Shown here piece after piece: positions 11,181 to 21,287 of a stretch of 64,000 bases of DNA. Under the pieces are notes generated by a model. It did not search any database, had not been told where the DNA came from, and was given only the letters and a program-made list of their open reading frames with translations. Each line of letters opens with the position of its first letter. Position 1 is the first letter of the stretch. Source of the DNA: an uncultured Candidatus Rokubacteria bacterium (GTDB lineage Bacteria > Methylomirabilota > Methylomirabilia > Rokubacteriales > DASRDR01); contig CAWDVE010000010.1 of assembly GCA_963805625.1 (NCBI GenBank), positions 544,001-608,000 of the forward strand, written 5' to 3'. The position numbers and the translations under genes were made by a program.

Positions 11181-12029
11181 CTATCGCGGCTCTGCTGGCC
11201 GGACCGAGCGGCCCGGCTGGCGGAGCACGGCGCGTGCGCGGAGGGCGGCGTCGCTGTCTGGAAAGTCGCGCAGGAGCCGGGCCCATACCTCGCGCGCCCG
11301 ATCCTCGAGACGGAGCGAGCGCAGAGCGAGCCCAAGGCGGAGCAGAGCGTCCGGGGTTCGCTCTCCGGTCGGGGCGAGATCGATCGCCCTTTGATACTTG
11401 CTGGTCGCCTGCTCGAAGTCGCGGCTCCGGAAGTAGGCCTCGCCGATCCAGAACTGGACGCTCGGCGCCAGGGGATGCCCCGAGTACTTGTCGGCAAACT
11501 CCTCGAAGTCCAGGACCGCCTGGCCGAGCTCGCCCGCCCGGAAGCTCTCCATCCCGCGGTCAAAGAGCTCCTCGGCCGAGATCGGGGGTCCCGGGTGCCG
11601 GGGTCCCGACGGGCGCGCCCGGGCAGGCGCCACCGCGCTTGGACTCCCTGCCTCGAGCCGCAAGAGCTGCTCCGCCAGGCTCCCGACGCTGACCTCCAGT
11701 CCCGCGACGCCGTCGGTCAGCTCGTCGACTCGGCGCTCCCCTGTCGCGAGGCGCCCCTCGAGGGCCTCCTGCGCTTCCCGGGCGCGTGCCTCCGCCGTCT
11801 CCCGGCCGGCCGCCGCCTGGCGGCTCCCCGCATCGACGGCCGCCCTGAGCCCGGCGACCTCCTCGCGAAGTCCCCGGAGATCCGTGCGGAGCGCGTCGAC
11901 GGCCGTCTTCAGGTCCGAGAGGGCAGCATCCTGCCGCGCCACCTGGTCCTGGAGCGCGGCGCATCCGGCGAGCCCGGTCAGGAAGCCGAGGGCCAGGACG
12001 AGGCACGAGACGCTGACACGCCCTTGCAC
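11181..12029 (-). CDS. cpoB: Tol-Pal-associated coiled-coil/TPR lipoprotein (YbgF/CpoB-like)
   Basis: Lipobox LAGC, coiled coil, C-terminal TPRs (QFWIGEAYF, PDALLRLG, LLRDFPDS); start uncertain. Confidence 0.75.
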   Translation of the reverse strand: MQGRVSVSCLVLALGFLTGLAGCAALQDQVARQDAALSDLKTAVDALRTDLRGLREEVAGLRAAVDAGSRQAAAGRETAEARAREAQEALEGRLATGERRVDELTDGVAGLEVSVGSLAEQLLRLEAGSPSAVAPARARPSGPRHPGPPISAEELFDRGMESFRAGELGQAVLDFEEFADKYSGHPLAPSVQFWIGEAYFRSRDFEQATSKYQRAIDLAPTGERTPDALLRLGLALRSLRLEDRAREVWARLLRDFPDSDAALRARAVLRQPGRSVRPAEPR

Positions 12030-12058
12030 CCGGAACGGGAGACCGAAGCTACCCCCGA

Positions 12059-12769
12059 TCACGAGCTGGCCGCCGTCGCCAGGCCGCGTGTGCCCGCCGC
12101 CGCCCGCCGCTCGAGGGCTCGGCTGCCGAGTGACATTCCGTACGTGAGGAGCCAGTAGACGACCGCGATGAACAGGTAGAGCTCGAATGGCCGGATCTCG
12201 CGCTGATTGACCGTCTGGGCGGCCTTCGTGAGGTCCATGTACCCGATGATAGAGGCGAGCGAGGTGTCTTTGACCAGGATGATGAACTGCGTGACGAGCG
12301 ACGGCAGCATGTTCCGAATCGCCTGCGGCAGGACGACGTAGCGCATCGTGGCCGTGTACGGGAGTCCCGTGGCGTCGGCTGCCTCCACCTGGCCGCGGGG
12401 AACGGATTGGATACCCGCGCGGATGATCTCGCCGAGGTACGTCGCCTCGAAGACGACGAATGCCACGAGAGCCACCCAGTACTGGGGCAACGAGACGCCG
12501 GTCGCAATCGGGATGAAGAACCAGAACCAGAACACCACCATGACCAGCGGAACGCCCCGGATCACCTCGACGTAGAGCGACGCAGGATAGTGGAGCCACG
12601 GCCGCGCCGAGAGGCGGCCCAGCGCAACCCCGATGCCGAGGATGAAGCCGAGCACGATCGTCGGGATCGCCAGCGCGATGGTCCCGCCGCCGAACGCCCC
12701 GATGCCGAGCAGCCCCTGGACCAGGAGGAAGCGCCAGTTGTCCGCGATGACGGAGAAGTCCAGGGTCAT
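12059..12769 (-). CDS. Polar amino-acid ABC permease (GltK/HisM family)
   Basis: YVEVIRGVPL, EIIRAGIQSVPRGQ, LPQA, VKDTSL. Confidence 0.92.
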   Translation of the reverse strand: MTLDFSVIADNWRFLLVQGLLGIGAFGGGTIALAIPTIVLGFILGIGVALGRLSARPWLHYPASLYVEVIRGVPLVMVVFWFWFFIPIATGVSLPQYWVALVAFVVFEATYLGEIIRAGIQSVPRGQVEAADATGLPYTATMRYVVLPQAIRNMLPSLVTQFIILVKDTSLASIIGYMDLTKAAQTVNQREIRPFELYLFIAVVYWLLTYGMSLGSRALERRAAAGTRGLATAASS

Positions 12770-12782
12770 GAGCCCGCGTCCG

Positions 12783-13529
12783 TCAATGCGCGGCTCCCCC
12801 GCCCCGGACGATGAGACCCGGAATCGCCACCCGGCGCTCGACGCGCGCCATCACCGTCGAAACACAGAGGCAGAGCCCCAGGTAGATCAGCGTCCCCGCC
12901 GTGATCGACTCGAAGCCCTTCGCGGTGTAGCTCTCGATCTGGCGGGTCATGAAGGTCGTCTCGGCCACGCTGATGGTGAGGGCAAGCGAAGAGTTCTTGA
13001 GCAGGTTGAGCGAATCGTTGGTGAGCGGTGGCACGAGGAGCCGGAGCGCGATCGGCAGCACCACCAGGCGGTACGCCTGGCCCAGCGTGAAGCCGGTGGA
13101 CAGGGCCGCCTCCAGCTGGGTGGCCGGAACCGACTGGATGCCCGCACGCACGATCTCGGCCATCCGCGCCCCGTGATAGACACCAAGCGCCGCGACGGCG
13201 GCCAGGAACTCGCCGTGGTGCCGGTTCAGCCAGTCCTGGGTCGCGTCGGGAAGCAGCTGGGGGACACCGAAGTACCAGAGGAACATCCACACCAGGAGCG
13301 GGACATTGCGAAAGAACTCGACGTAGGTGGCGCCGAGCCCCCGCAGGACCCGCGATGGCACGGTCCGGATCGCCCCGAACACGGCGCCGAGCCCGGCCGC
13401 CAGCACCCAGGCGAGCCCGGCCAGCGCGAGCGTCGTCAGGACGCCTTGCAGGAGCCAGCTGACGTACGGGCTCGTCCAGAGGACGCTCCACTGGAACTGG
13501 TAGACGAGGGCGAGAAATGGCCTCGGCAT
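12783..13529 (-). CDS. Polar amino-acid ABC permease (GltJ/HisM family)
   Basis: YVEFFRNVPLL, EIVRAGIQSV, LLKNSSL. Confidence 0.92.
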   Translation of the reverse strand: MPRPFLALVYQFQWSVLWTSPYVSWLLQGVLTTLALAGLAWVLAAGLGAVFGAIRTVPSRVLRGLGATYVEFFRNVPLLVWMFLWYFGVPQLLPDATQDWLNRHHGEFLAAVAALGVYHGARMAEIVRAGIQSVPATQLEAALSTGFTLGQAYRLVVLPIALRLLVPPLTNDSLNLLKNSSLALTISVAETTFMTRQIESYTAKGFESITAGTLIYLGLCLCVSTVMARVERRVAIPGLIVRGGGAAH

Positions 13530-13607
13530 CTTTACGCTCCGCCGGGGACTTTGCGGGGGCCTTCGCGGGACCCGAGCTGCGTCGCCGGGGTCCCGCGGCG
13601 CACGAAC

Positions 13608-14474
13608 TCAGCGCGGGATGACCTGCATCTGGAGGAAGATCCGGGCCGTCTCGGACAAAGGGTACGGCACCTCACCCTGCGGGCCGAACCACTTGTCGTA
13701 GAGCTTCTGATACTCCCCGCTCTCGATGGCCTCCATGAGCGTGAAGTCCACCAGGTTCCTGAAGTCTGTCTCGTTCTTGCGCATCGCCATGCCGTACGGC
13801 TCGTAGGTGAAGAACTCACCCACCACGTCCCATTCGCCCGGGTTCGGCGCCTTCACCTTCAGGCCGGCCAGCTGTACGCCGTCGTTCGTGTAGGCGTCAA
13901 TCTTGCCCTGGGCGAGCGCGGTGAACCCCGCCGGCTGGTCGGGGAACACGACCAGCTGCGCCTGCGGGTACTTCTCCCGCACCGCCTTCTCGTTCGTCGA
14001 GCCCTGCTGGGCGCCGATGCGCTTGCCGGCGATGCTCTGGACGCCCCGGATGGGGCTGCCCTTCTTGACCAGGAACTGGGCGCCCGTCACGAAAAAGACC
14101 GAGCTGAAGTCGAGGCTGTCACGCCGGGCCCGCGTGATGGTCATCGTTCCCGCGATGAGGTCGACGGCGCCGCTGGTCAGCAGCGGGATACGCGTGGCCG
14201 GGGTCGACTCCTTGAGCTCGAACTTCACCGGCTTGCCCAGCTTCTTCTCGACGTTTACGTGCACGAGCTTGGCGAGGTCCACGGAGAAGCCGCCCCAGTT
14301 GTTCTGCTTGTCGATGAATCCGAACGGTGGCGACCCGGTCCGCGTCCCGACCACCAGCGTGCCCGTACGCGCGATCTTCTCGAGCGTGGTCTCCGCCAGG
14401 ACCGGCCCCGCGCCCACGAGGAGCACGGCCAGAACCAGTCCCGCTAACGCGATCCGCCTTGTCACTGCCACCAT
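13608..14474 (-). CDS. Amino-acid ABC substrate-binding protein (family 3, GltI-like)
   Basis: Signal peptide, TLEKIARTG, PPFGF, TRIPLL, EPYG, YDKWF. Confidence 0.9.
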   Translation of the reverse strand: MVAVTRRIALAGLVLAVLLVGAGPVLAETTLEKIARTGTLVVGTRTGSPPFGFIDKQNNWGGFSVDLAKLVHVNVEKKLGKPVKFELKESTPATRIPLLTSGAVDLIAGTMTITRARRDSLDFSSVFFVTGAQFLVKKGSPIRGVQSIAGKRIGAQQGSTNEKAVREKYPQAQLVVFPDQPAGFTALAQGKIDAYTNDGVQLAGLKVKAPNPGEWDVVGEFFTYEPYGMAMRKNETDFRNLVDFTLMEAIESGEYQKLYDKWFGPQGEVPYPLSETARIFLQMQVIPR

Positions 14475-14502
14475 CGGTGTCGCTCCTTTCCCCTGCCGCC
14501 CG

Positions 14503-15276
14503 TCAGTGAGCGAGGATCTTTGACAGGAAGTGCCGCGTGCGCTCGTGCCTCGGCCGGTCGAAGAAGGCGTCCGGCGCTCCCTGCTCGACGATCCGCCCCT
14601 CGTCCATGAAGATTACCCTGTGGGCTACCTTGCGCGCGAATCCCATCTCGTGGGTCACCACGAGCATCGTCATGCCCTCGCGGGCTAGAGCCACCATCAC
14701 GTCCAGCACCTCGTTGATCATCTCCGGGTCCAGGGCAGACGTCGGCTCGTCGAACAGCATGATCTTCGGCTGCATCGCGAGCGCGCGCGCGATGGCGACC
14801 CGCTGCTGCTGGCCGCCCGAGAGCTGCGCAGGGTACGCACCTGCCTTGTCCGGGATGTCGACCTTCGCCAGGAGGTCCATCGCGACCCGCTCGGCCTCCG
14901 TGCGGGCCCGTCCCCGCACCCGGATGGGCGCCAGGGTGACGTTCTCCAGCACGGTCATGTGCGGGTAGAGGTTGAACTGCTGGAAGACCATGCCGATGTC
15001 GGCACGGAGCCGCGGCAGGTCCACGCCAGGGCCCTGCACGTCGCGCCCGTCGACGGTCAGCCGGCCTGCCTGGATCGGCTCGAGCCGGTTCACGCAGCGG
15101 ATCAGCGTGCTCTTGCCGGAGCCGCTCGGCCCGCACACCACGAGCACCTCGCCCCGCGCGACCTCCAGGTCGACGTCCTTGAGGACGTGGAGCTTCCCGA
15201 ACCACTTGTTCACTCGCTCGTAGCGGATGATCGGGTCGGCCGTGGGGCTCGCCGCTCCGTCCCGCTCTCCCGTCAT
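14503..15276 (-). CDS. Amino-acid ABC ATP-binding protein (GlnQ/GltL)
   Basis: [27 protein letters not shown]. Confidence 0.94.
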   Translation of the reverse strand: MTGERDGAASPTADPIIRYERVNKWFGKLHVLKDVDLEVARGEVLVVCGPSGSGKSTLIRCVNRLEPIQAGRLTVDGRDVQGPGVDLPRLRADIGMVFQQFNLYPHMTVLENVTLAPIRVRGRARTEAERVAMDLLAKVDIPDKAGAYPAQLSGGQQQRVAIARALAMQPKIMLFDEPTSALDPEMINEVLDVMVALAREGMTMLVVTHEMGFARKVAHRVIFMDEGRIVEQGAPDAFFDRPRHERTRHFLSKILAH

Positions 15277-15506
15277 CGCTCTCCTCGCTTCGGTACCCGC
15301 ACGCGGCCCCACTGACGGCGCCGCCGGGCTCGCGCGCGGACTGACGACGCCGCCCGACGTGCCTCGAAGCGTCACCTTGAGGCGGGCGGGGCGGACCCGG
15401 CCGCCCATAGGCTGCGGGGGACCCGGCCCCGCCGCGCAGACCGCACTCGGTGGACCCGATCGCTCCGCGGCATCCGCGGACGACGAACATGGCCGCTTCG
15501 GTGCGG

Positions 15507-15535
15507 AGTATATCTGCCCGTCCGGGGGGTCACAA
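15507..15535 (-). promoter_or_regulatory. Putative sigma70 promoter for the amino-acid ABC operon
   Basis: TTGTGA-17 nt-TATACT on the minus strand. Confidence 0.55.
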
Positions 15536-15668
15536 GCTGCGATGCCAGCGAGTCCGGTCGGCGCGGCGCGTCGGACGGCTTCCCCCGCATGTCTCGTGTT
15601 CACACGGCGAGACGTCCAGCGGCTTGATCTTGCCGAGGACCAGCGGCGCGGCTAAGATCGCCGCCGTG

Positions 15669-16697
15669 GTGGAGGTCTCCGCACTTCTCTCGACGGGCAG
15701 CGCGCTCCTGGCGGGACTCCTCTTCGGCTTCTGCGCGCAGCGCGGCGGCTTCTGCCTGACCCGGGCGCTCTCCAACTGGGTCCTCATGGGGGACACGGCG
15801 ATCCTGCGGGCGTACCTGCTCGCGCTCCTCGTCGCGATCGTCGGCGTCCACGTGCTCGAGCTCGGGCTCGTCGAGTCCATCCCGGTCCGGCCGTTCCGCT
15901 GGCTCGCCAACCTTACCGGCGGCTTCGTCTTCGGCGTGGGCATGATCCTCGGGGGCGGATGCGCGGGCAGCTCCTGGTACCGTCTGGGCGAAGGCGCGCT
16001 CGGCGCGTGGGTCGTGCTGGTGGGGTTCGCGATGGGCGCGAGCGCGGCGAGCGTCGGTATCCTGCAATCGGTACGGACGACGCTCCAGACCTTCGAGTAC
16101 GCCATCGACGACCAGCCGGCCACCCTCTACGGGATCCTCGGCGTGCGACCATGGCTGGTCATCGGCGCCCTCGTCGTCGGGGTCGGCGTGTGGCTCCTCC
16201 GAAACCGCCCGCAGGAGGGCGAGCACGGAAAGTGGCGCTGGCCCGTCACCGGGAGCGCCATCGGCTTGGTGATCGTGCTCGGCTGGTACCTCTCGGCGCT
16301 CGGGGGCAGCCCTACCGGCATCACCTTCGCCGCGAATACCGGGCACCTCCTGACCTACCCGCTGGTGGGCTACCCCAACCGGGCCACCTGGGGCATGCTG
16401 CTGCTTCTCGGAGTGGTCGCGGGGGCGGCGCTGGCCGCGTGGCGAGCCGGCGAGTTCGGGTGGAAGCCCGTGCCGGGCTTCACGATCGTGAAGCTGTTCG
16501 CCGGCGGGCTCATCATGGGCGTCGGGGCTCTGGTCGCCGACGGTTGCAACATCACCCAGGGCCTCACGAACTCCGCGACGCTGGCGCTCGGCAGCCTGAC
16601 GGCGTTCGCCTCGATGCTCGTCGGCGGATGGGTGGCGCTCTGGGTGCTCTTCTCCCCACGCGGGGAGCGCCGCTCCGCCGGTCCGGCCCGACCGTAG
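15669..16697 (+). CDS. YeeE/YedE (TsuA) family thiosulfate/sulfur transporter
   Basis: Multi-TM protein with three family Cys motifs: QRGGFCL, GMILGGGCAG, ADGCNI; GTG start approximate. Confidence 0.88.
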   Translation: MEVSALLSTGSALLAGLLFGFCAQRGGFCLTRALSNWVLMGDTAILRAYLLALLVAIVGVHVLELGLVESIPVRPFRWLANLTGGFVFGVGMILGGGCAGSSWYRLGEGALGAWVVLVGFAMGASAASVGILQSVRTTLQTFEYAIDDQPATLYGILGVRPWLVIGALVVGVGVWLLRNRPQEGEHGKWRWPVTGSAIGLVIVLGWYLSALGGSPTGITFAANTGHLLTYPLVGYPNRATWGMLLLLGVVAGAALAAWRAGEFGWKPVPGFTIVKLFAGGLIMGVGALVADGCNITQGLTNSATLALGSLTAFASMLVGGWVALWVLFSPRGERRSAGPARP

Positions 16698-16722
16698 CCA
16701 GGCCGGCGGAGCGGGCTGGGAT

Positions 16723-16818
16723 CTATCGCAGGCTTGAGTAGTACGCCGCCAGGTCCGCGAGCGTCTCCTCGGGGAGACTCTGAATCAGTAGCTTCAGGGC
16801 CTTGAGTTGAGGATCTCC
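16723..16818 (-). pseudogene. C-terminal remnant of a cytochrome c4/c553-type protein
   Basis: GDPQLKALKLLIQSLPEETLADLAAYYSSLR* resembles the class I cytochrome c terminal helix; no CxxCH upstream. Confidence 0.55.
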
Positions 16819-17146
16819 CGGCCCTGACCAGGCCACCCGTCCCGGATCGCATCTGGTAGGACACCCAGGAGCGCCCGTTCGCGGGCGTGAACAGGAACTT
16901 TCCCTTGCCCGGCACCGGATCGCGGTCGATGGAGATCTCGACGGACTGGATGTAGTTGTCAGCCTCCATCGGAGGGTCGACTCCCACTCGGACGGGCACC
17001 GCGGCGGGCTCCTCGGACAGGATGGGGACCTCGAGATCGATCCGATGCTCGCGATCGGTGCCGGTTTGGGCGCCCGCCGCGCCGGGAGCCCCAAGGACGG
17101 TCACCAGGCCGCCGGACACAATGCCGAGGAAGGATCGTCGTCTCAT
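16819..17146 (-). pseudogene. soxY: 3'-truncated SoxY-like sulfur carrier with Tat signal
   Basis: MRRRSFL Tat signal; IDLEVPILSEEPAAVPVRV..PM...YI..VEI...PVP...F.FTP.NG...V...MR SoxY-like core; no C-terminal GGC arm. Confidence 0.7.
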
Positions 17147-17169
17147 GTCTTAACCCTATCGGTAATGCG

Positions 17170-17197
17170 ACTATACCAGTAATATTGAAAAACTCAA
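17170..17197 (-). promoter_or_regulatory. Putative promoter of the soxY remnant, in an AT-rich patch
   Basis: TTGAGT-16 nt-TATAGT with extended -10 TG. Confidence 0.5.
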
Positions 17198-17209
17198 CCA
17201 ATAACGCAA

Positions 17210-18451
17210 TCAATCATCATGCTTTACGGATGTATCACTGATGAGCAGGATGATGTCAACCTCACCACCCTCGGGGATCTGGGTGTCCCCTGGAACGACG
17301 GCCAGCCCGTCAGCCAGAAGCATCGATCGGAGGATCGCTGATCCTTGCTCTCCCGTCGGTCGAGCACCGAGCCTTCCGTTCCGCGACTCGAGTCGCACGC
17401 GAAGGTAGCCGGGGCGGCTGCCGGGGTTGTCGATGGGCTCGAGGGCCCGCGCCCGGACCCGAGGCCGACCGAGGATGCGATGTCCGCCGAGTCGGCGGAG
17501 GACCGGGCGGACGAACAGCTCGAACGTCACCATCGACGATACGGGATTTCCCGGGAGCCCGAAGAAGAGGCACTCCCCGGCTCGCCCGCCAAACCGCCCG
17601 AAGGTCAGGGGCTTTCCCGGGCGCATATTCACCTTCCAGAAGTCCAAACAGGCGCCAAGCGCTTCCACGGCCTCGCGGACGAAATCGCGGTCACCCACGG
17701 ACACCCCGGCCGATGACACCAGCACGTTCGCCTCGAGTCCTCGGCGAAAGCGTTCCACGAGCTCCTCGCGCCGGTCCGGCGCGATCCCGAGGCTCAGAGG
17801 AACCGCCCCCGCCTCCACGGCGAGGCCACAGAGGGTGTACGTGTTCGAGTCCGGGATCTGGCCCGGTCCGAGCGGAGTCTCGGGGGCGACGAGCTCGTCG
17901 CCCGTGGAGAGGACGGCGACGGTCGGACGGCGGTAGACGTTCGCTCGCCCATGGCCCAGTGCCGCGAGAACCCCGAGCGCCGCCGGTCGGAGAACGGACC
18001 CGGCCTCGAGGATGCGGTCCCCGGACCGGATATCCTCGCCGCGGGGGCGCACGTACGCGCCCCGGTGGACGGCGCGCCAGAGCGAGACGTGGCCGCCATC
18101 GCGCCTCACCTCCTCCTGGGGTACGACGGCATCGCTGCCGGGCGGCAGAGGAGCGCCCGTCAAGATGCGGTAGGCCTGCCCCGGCTCGATCTGTCGCGCG
18201 GCCACCCTCCCGGCAGCGACCTCGCCCACGACCGCGAGCGCCACCGGGTGCTCCGGGCTCGCCGTCTCGGTGTCGGCCGCCCGGAGTGCGTAGCCGTCCA
18301 TCGAGGAGTTGTCCCAGGGGGGGATCTCGCGCCCCGCGACGACCGGCTCCGCGAGGACGCGCCCCAGGGCTTCTCCGAGAGGGACGCTCTCCGCGCCCAG
18401 GACCGCCACTCCGGCGAGCACACGCTCGAGGGCCTCAGCGACGGAAAGCAC
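17210..18451 (-). CDS. moeA: Molybdopterin molybdotransferase MoeA
   Basis: PPWDNSSMDGYA, ILTGAPLP, STGDEL, GVSVGDRD, MRPGKP, GLPGNPVS. Confidence 0.95.
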   Translation of the reverse strand: MLSVAEALERVLAGVAVLGAESVPLGEALGRVLAEPVVAGREIPPWDNSSMDGYALRAADTETASPEHPVALAVVGEVAAGRVAARQIEPGQAYRILTGAPLPPGSDAVVPQEEVRRDGGHVSLWRAVHRGAYVRPRGEDIRSGDRILEAGSVLRPAALGVLAALGHGRANVYRRPTVAVLSTGDELVAPETPLGPGQIPDSNTYTLCGLAVEAGAVPLSLGIAPDRREELVERFRRGLEANVLVSSAGVSVGDRDFVREAVEALGACLDFWKVNMRPGKPLTFGRFGGRAGECLFFGLPGNPVSSMVTFELFVRPVLRRLGGHRILGRPRVRARALEPIDNPGSRPGYLRVRLESRNGRLGARPTGEQGSAILRSMLLADGLAVVPGDTQIPEGGEVDIILLISDTSVKHDD

Positions 18452-18527
18452 GCTCTGCTCCTCTGGTCAAACGGGAAGGGTCGAGCTCCGCCGTCAGTGT
18501 AGCGCGACCTCCGGACGGTCGGCCAGG

Positions 18528-20051
18528 CTAGCGGTAGGGACGCTCCCACCGGAATCGATAGAGACGCCGGATCGGCTGGGACGCGCATCGCCCTCGATCC
18601 ATGCGGACGTCGACCAGGAAGAGGTTCCGCCCGCGGTCATGGCCGGCGGCCATCGCCCGCTCCATGTCGAAGCACTGGCTGAGCCACCGATCGCTGGCGA
18701 GGAGCCAGCGATCCGGAGCTTCCCGGAGCCACATCAATGCCTGCCCGACCTGATCCGGGCCGCCGCGGTATCCGAAGTGCACAATCGGATTCTGAGCGAA
18801 GAGCCACTCGCCATCGCGCCACTGGACCAGCGCCACCTCCCGCTCGGGCCCGATCCGGCGCGCAACGGCGGCCATCACGGCGCGCCGGGGGTAGTCGTCC
18901 GCCCTCACGAGAGGCTCAGCGAAGCCCCAGGCGATCATCGCGAGGAGCCAGGCGGCCGCTCCGGCCCGGACGAGACGGCGGCGTCCCCCTGTCGACGCGA
19001 ACCGGCGCACGAGCGCGACGATCCCGGGCGCCGTCGCGAGGGCGAGCGCTGGGACCGCTGGATAGATATAGAGACTCCGCTTGCCGCTGCTCAGGCTGAA
19101 GAAGGTCACAACGAGGACGACCCAGCCCAGCAGGAGCAGGGTGCGTCCATCGCCCCGCCTGAGCCGACGTCGCCATACCGGGGCCAGCCACGGCAGGCCG
19201 GCGACGATGGGGAGCCAGACGACCGGAATGACCTCGACCAGGAAGTACCAGAACGGCTCGCGGTGCTGCCACGCCGCGACCATTCGCCCCGCGGTCTGGG
19301 TGACCAGAAGGTTCCGCGCGTATGCATGGAGCGTCGAGTCGCCGGAACCAGCCACCCGGACGAGTAACGGGCCCAGCCAGACCGCCACGGTGCCGAGCAA
19401 GAGCGCCGGCCCGATGACCCACCGCTGATCCGATGGCGCGATGGGCACGAGACGCCTGAACCCGCGCCACCGCCCGTACAGGTAGGGTCCGATGAGGAGG
19501 AGGGGCAGGAAGCCCACTCCCTTCGTCATCACGCCCAGGCCCATGGCCACCGACGCCACCCCGTACCAGCCCCAGGCCGGGCCCGCGGCCAGGTGACGGA
19601 GGAGCCCGTACAGGCCGAGGGTGGTCCACAGAATGAGGAGGGCATCCGTCTGCCCCGCCTTCAGCACGAGCAGGCTCTGGATGACGGCGAGAAACAGGAG
19701 GCCGGCCACGAGGCCGACGCGTCGACTCCAGAGCCGTCGCCCGAGATCGTAGACGGCGAGCGTGCAGCCGATGGCGGCCAGGAGTCCGGGCAGCCGGAAG
19801 GCCACGCGGGGGGATCCCGTCACCAGGTGCACGAGGGCCACGAGCCACACGAAGAGGGGCGGCTTGTCGGGATACGGCTGGCCGGCCCGGTGGAGGATCA
19901 GCCAGGAGCCATCCTGGAGCATCTCCAGGGCGACCCCGAGGAACCGCTCCTCGTCAACGCCCCACGGATCCCTGAGGCCGATGCCGGCGCCCACCAGGAG
20001 GAGGGCCAGGCCGGTCAGGAGCAGGTGATGGCGACGAGCTCCGGAGCGCAC
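18528..20051 (-). CDS. ArnT/GT39-like membrane glycosyltransferase
   Basis: DEERF..VALEML, YPDKPPLF, MTKG, H.EPFWYF, KRSLYIYP; multi-TM. Confidence 0.85.
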   Translation of the reverse strand: MRSGARRHHLLLTGLALLLVGAGIGLRDPWGVDEERFLGVALEMLQDGSWLILHRAGQPYPDKPPLFVWLVALVHLVTGSPRVAFRLPGLLAAIGCTLAVYDLGRRLWSRRVGLVAGLLFLAVIQSLLVLKAGQTDALLILWTTLGLYGLLRHLAAGPAWGWYGVASVAMGLGVMTKGVGFLPLLLIGPYLYGRWRGFRRLVPIAPSDQRWVIGPALLLGTVAVWLGPLLVRVAGSGDSTLHAYARNLLVTQTAGRMVAAWQHREPFWYFLVEVIPVVWLPIVAGLPWLAPVWRRRLRRGDGRTLLLLGWVVLVVTFFSLSSGKRSLYIYPAVPALALATAPGIVALVRRFASTGGRRRLVRAGAAAWLLAMIAWGFAEPLVRADDYPRRAVMAAVARRIGPEREVALVQWRDGEWLFAQNPIVHFGYRGGPDQVGQALMWLREAPDRWLLASDRWLSQCFDMERAMAAGHDRGRNLFLVDVRMDRGRCASQPIRRLYRFRWERPYR

Positions 20052-20126
20052 GGCTATGGGACCAGGACAAGGCTACTCACCGCCCCATCGGGCGGCAAGC
20101 ACCGGACGAGGGCCGCTCTCCGGGTC

Positions 20127-21287
20127 CTACGCCTCCCCGCGGGGCGCCAAGCCGAACCGCGGCACGAAGATGCGGAACGAGAGGACGAAGAGCGCGCCGA
20201 ACCCGAGGGTCATCAGGAGCGCGAGGAGGACGTCGGCCGCTCCGTAGGAAGCGATCCCCGGCTGGAGCGTCGAAGGCAGCACCAGGACGATCCGCTCGAG
20301 GAAGACCGCGATCAGGGAGAGGCAGGAGATGGCCACGAGGACCCGGTGCCCCTCCGGCGGGCGCCCGGTGAGGCGCGCGAGAAGGTACGAGAACGGGATC
20401 ACCCAGCCGATGAAGAACGCGCCGATCGCCAGGCACCGCCAGGGATCCGCGAAGAACCGCGCCAGGACGTACCGGGTCTCGATCGGCACGTTGCCGTACC
20501 AGATGACCAGGTACTGCGACCAGAAGAAGTACATCCACAGGACCGACGTGGTGAAGACGAGCTTCGCGAGGTCCTGCATCTCCTTCGGGGGCACGACCCA
20601 GCCCGGCCGTCCGAAGCTGTAGAGCCCCGTGAGGAGCACGAGGAACGCGAAACCCGAGTAGAGCATCCCCACCACCACGTAGCCCCCGAGGAGCCCGCTG
20701 AACCAGTGGGGATCGAGCGACATCACGAGGTCGTAGCCGAGGAGCGAGCCGACGATGACGAACAGGAAGAGGAGCCACACGGCGAGACGTGCCCGCTCCG
20801 CCCGCCCAGGCTCCTCGGAGGCTCCTGCCCGCGAGCCGTGGACGGCCTTCGCGAAGCGGACGCTCACCCAGTAGAGCGCGCCCACCCCGACGATCGTCCG
20901 CAGGACGAAGAAGGGGATGTTGAGCCACGCCGCCTTCTTGGGAATCGGCACGGTCACCCACGGGTACAGGGCCCGGAGGCCGACCATCAGCAAGAGGAAC
21001 AGCACGAAGGACACGGGCATGAAGGCGACTGTGGTCGTCGCGATCCGCCGGAGATGCGCCGCCCATCGCGCCTCGGTGAGCTCGAGGATCCCCGCGATCG
21101 CCGGGCCGGCGGCCGACAGCCCCGACCAGAACAGGAGGTTCGCGAGAAAGACGGCCCAGGCGTGCGTCCCCGATCCCGCCGCCAGGGCGATCAGGAAGCT
21201 CAGCGCCCCGAGGGCGACGAGCCCCCCCAGCACAAGGCCGGTCTTCCCCTTCAGATCTTGCCCCGGGCTCACGACGGGCGCGCTCAT
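20127..21287 (-). CDS. actF: Alternative complex III membrane subunit ActF-like (NrfD paralog)
   Basis: WLNIPFF..R, DLVMSLDPHWFS, YFFWSQYLVIWYGN; last gene of the act operon. Confidence 0.82.
   Translation of the reverse strand: MSAPVVSPGQDLKGKTGLVLGGLVALGALSFLIALAAGSGTHAWAVFLANLLFWSGLSAAGPAIAGILELTEARWAAHLRRIATTTVAFMPVSFVLFLLLMVGLRALYPWVTVPIPKKAAWLNIPFFVLRTIVGVGALYWVSVRFAKAVHGSRAGASEEPGRAERARLAVWLLFLFVIVGSLLGYDLVMSLDPHWFSGLLGGYVVVGMLYSGFAFLVLLTGLYSFGRPGWVVPPKEMQDLAKLVFTTSVLWMYFFWSQYLVIWYGNVPIETRYVLARFFADPWRCLAIGAFFIGWVIPFSYLLARLTGRPPEGHRVLVAISCLSLIAVFLERIVLVLPSTLQPGIASYGAADVLLALLMTLGFGALFVLSFRIFVPRFGLAPRGEA

Noticed and set aside
16370-16815. C-terminal half of the 258-aa ORF 16370-17146 as real protein
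   Set aside because: Read-through past the deletion junction, mostly antisense to yeeE.
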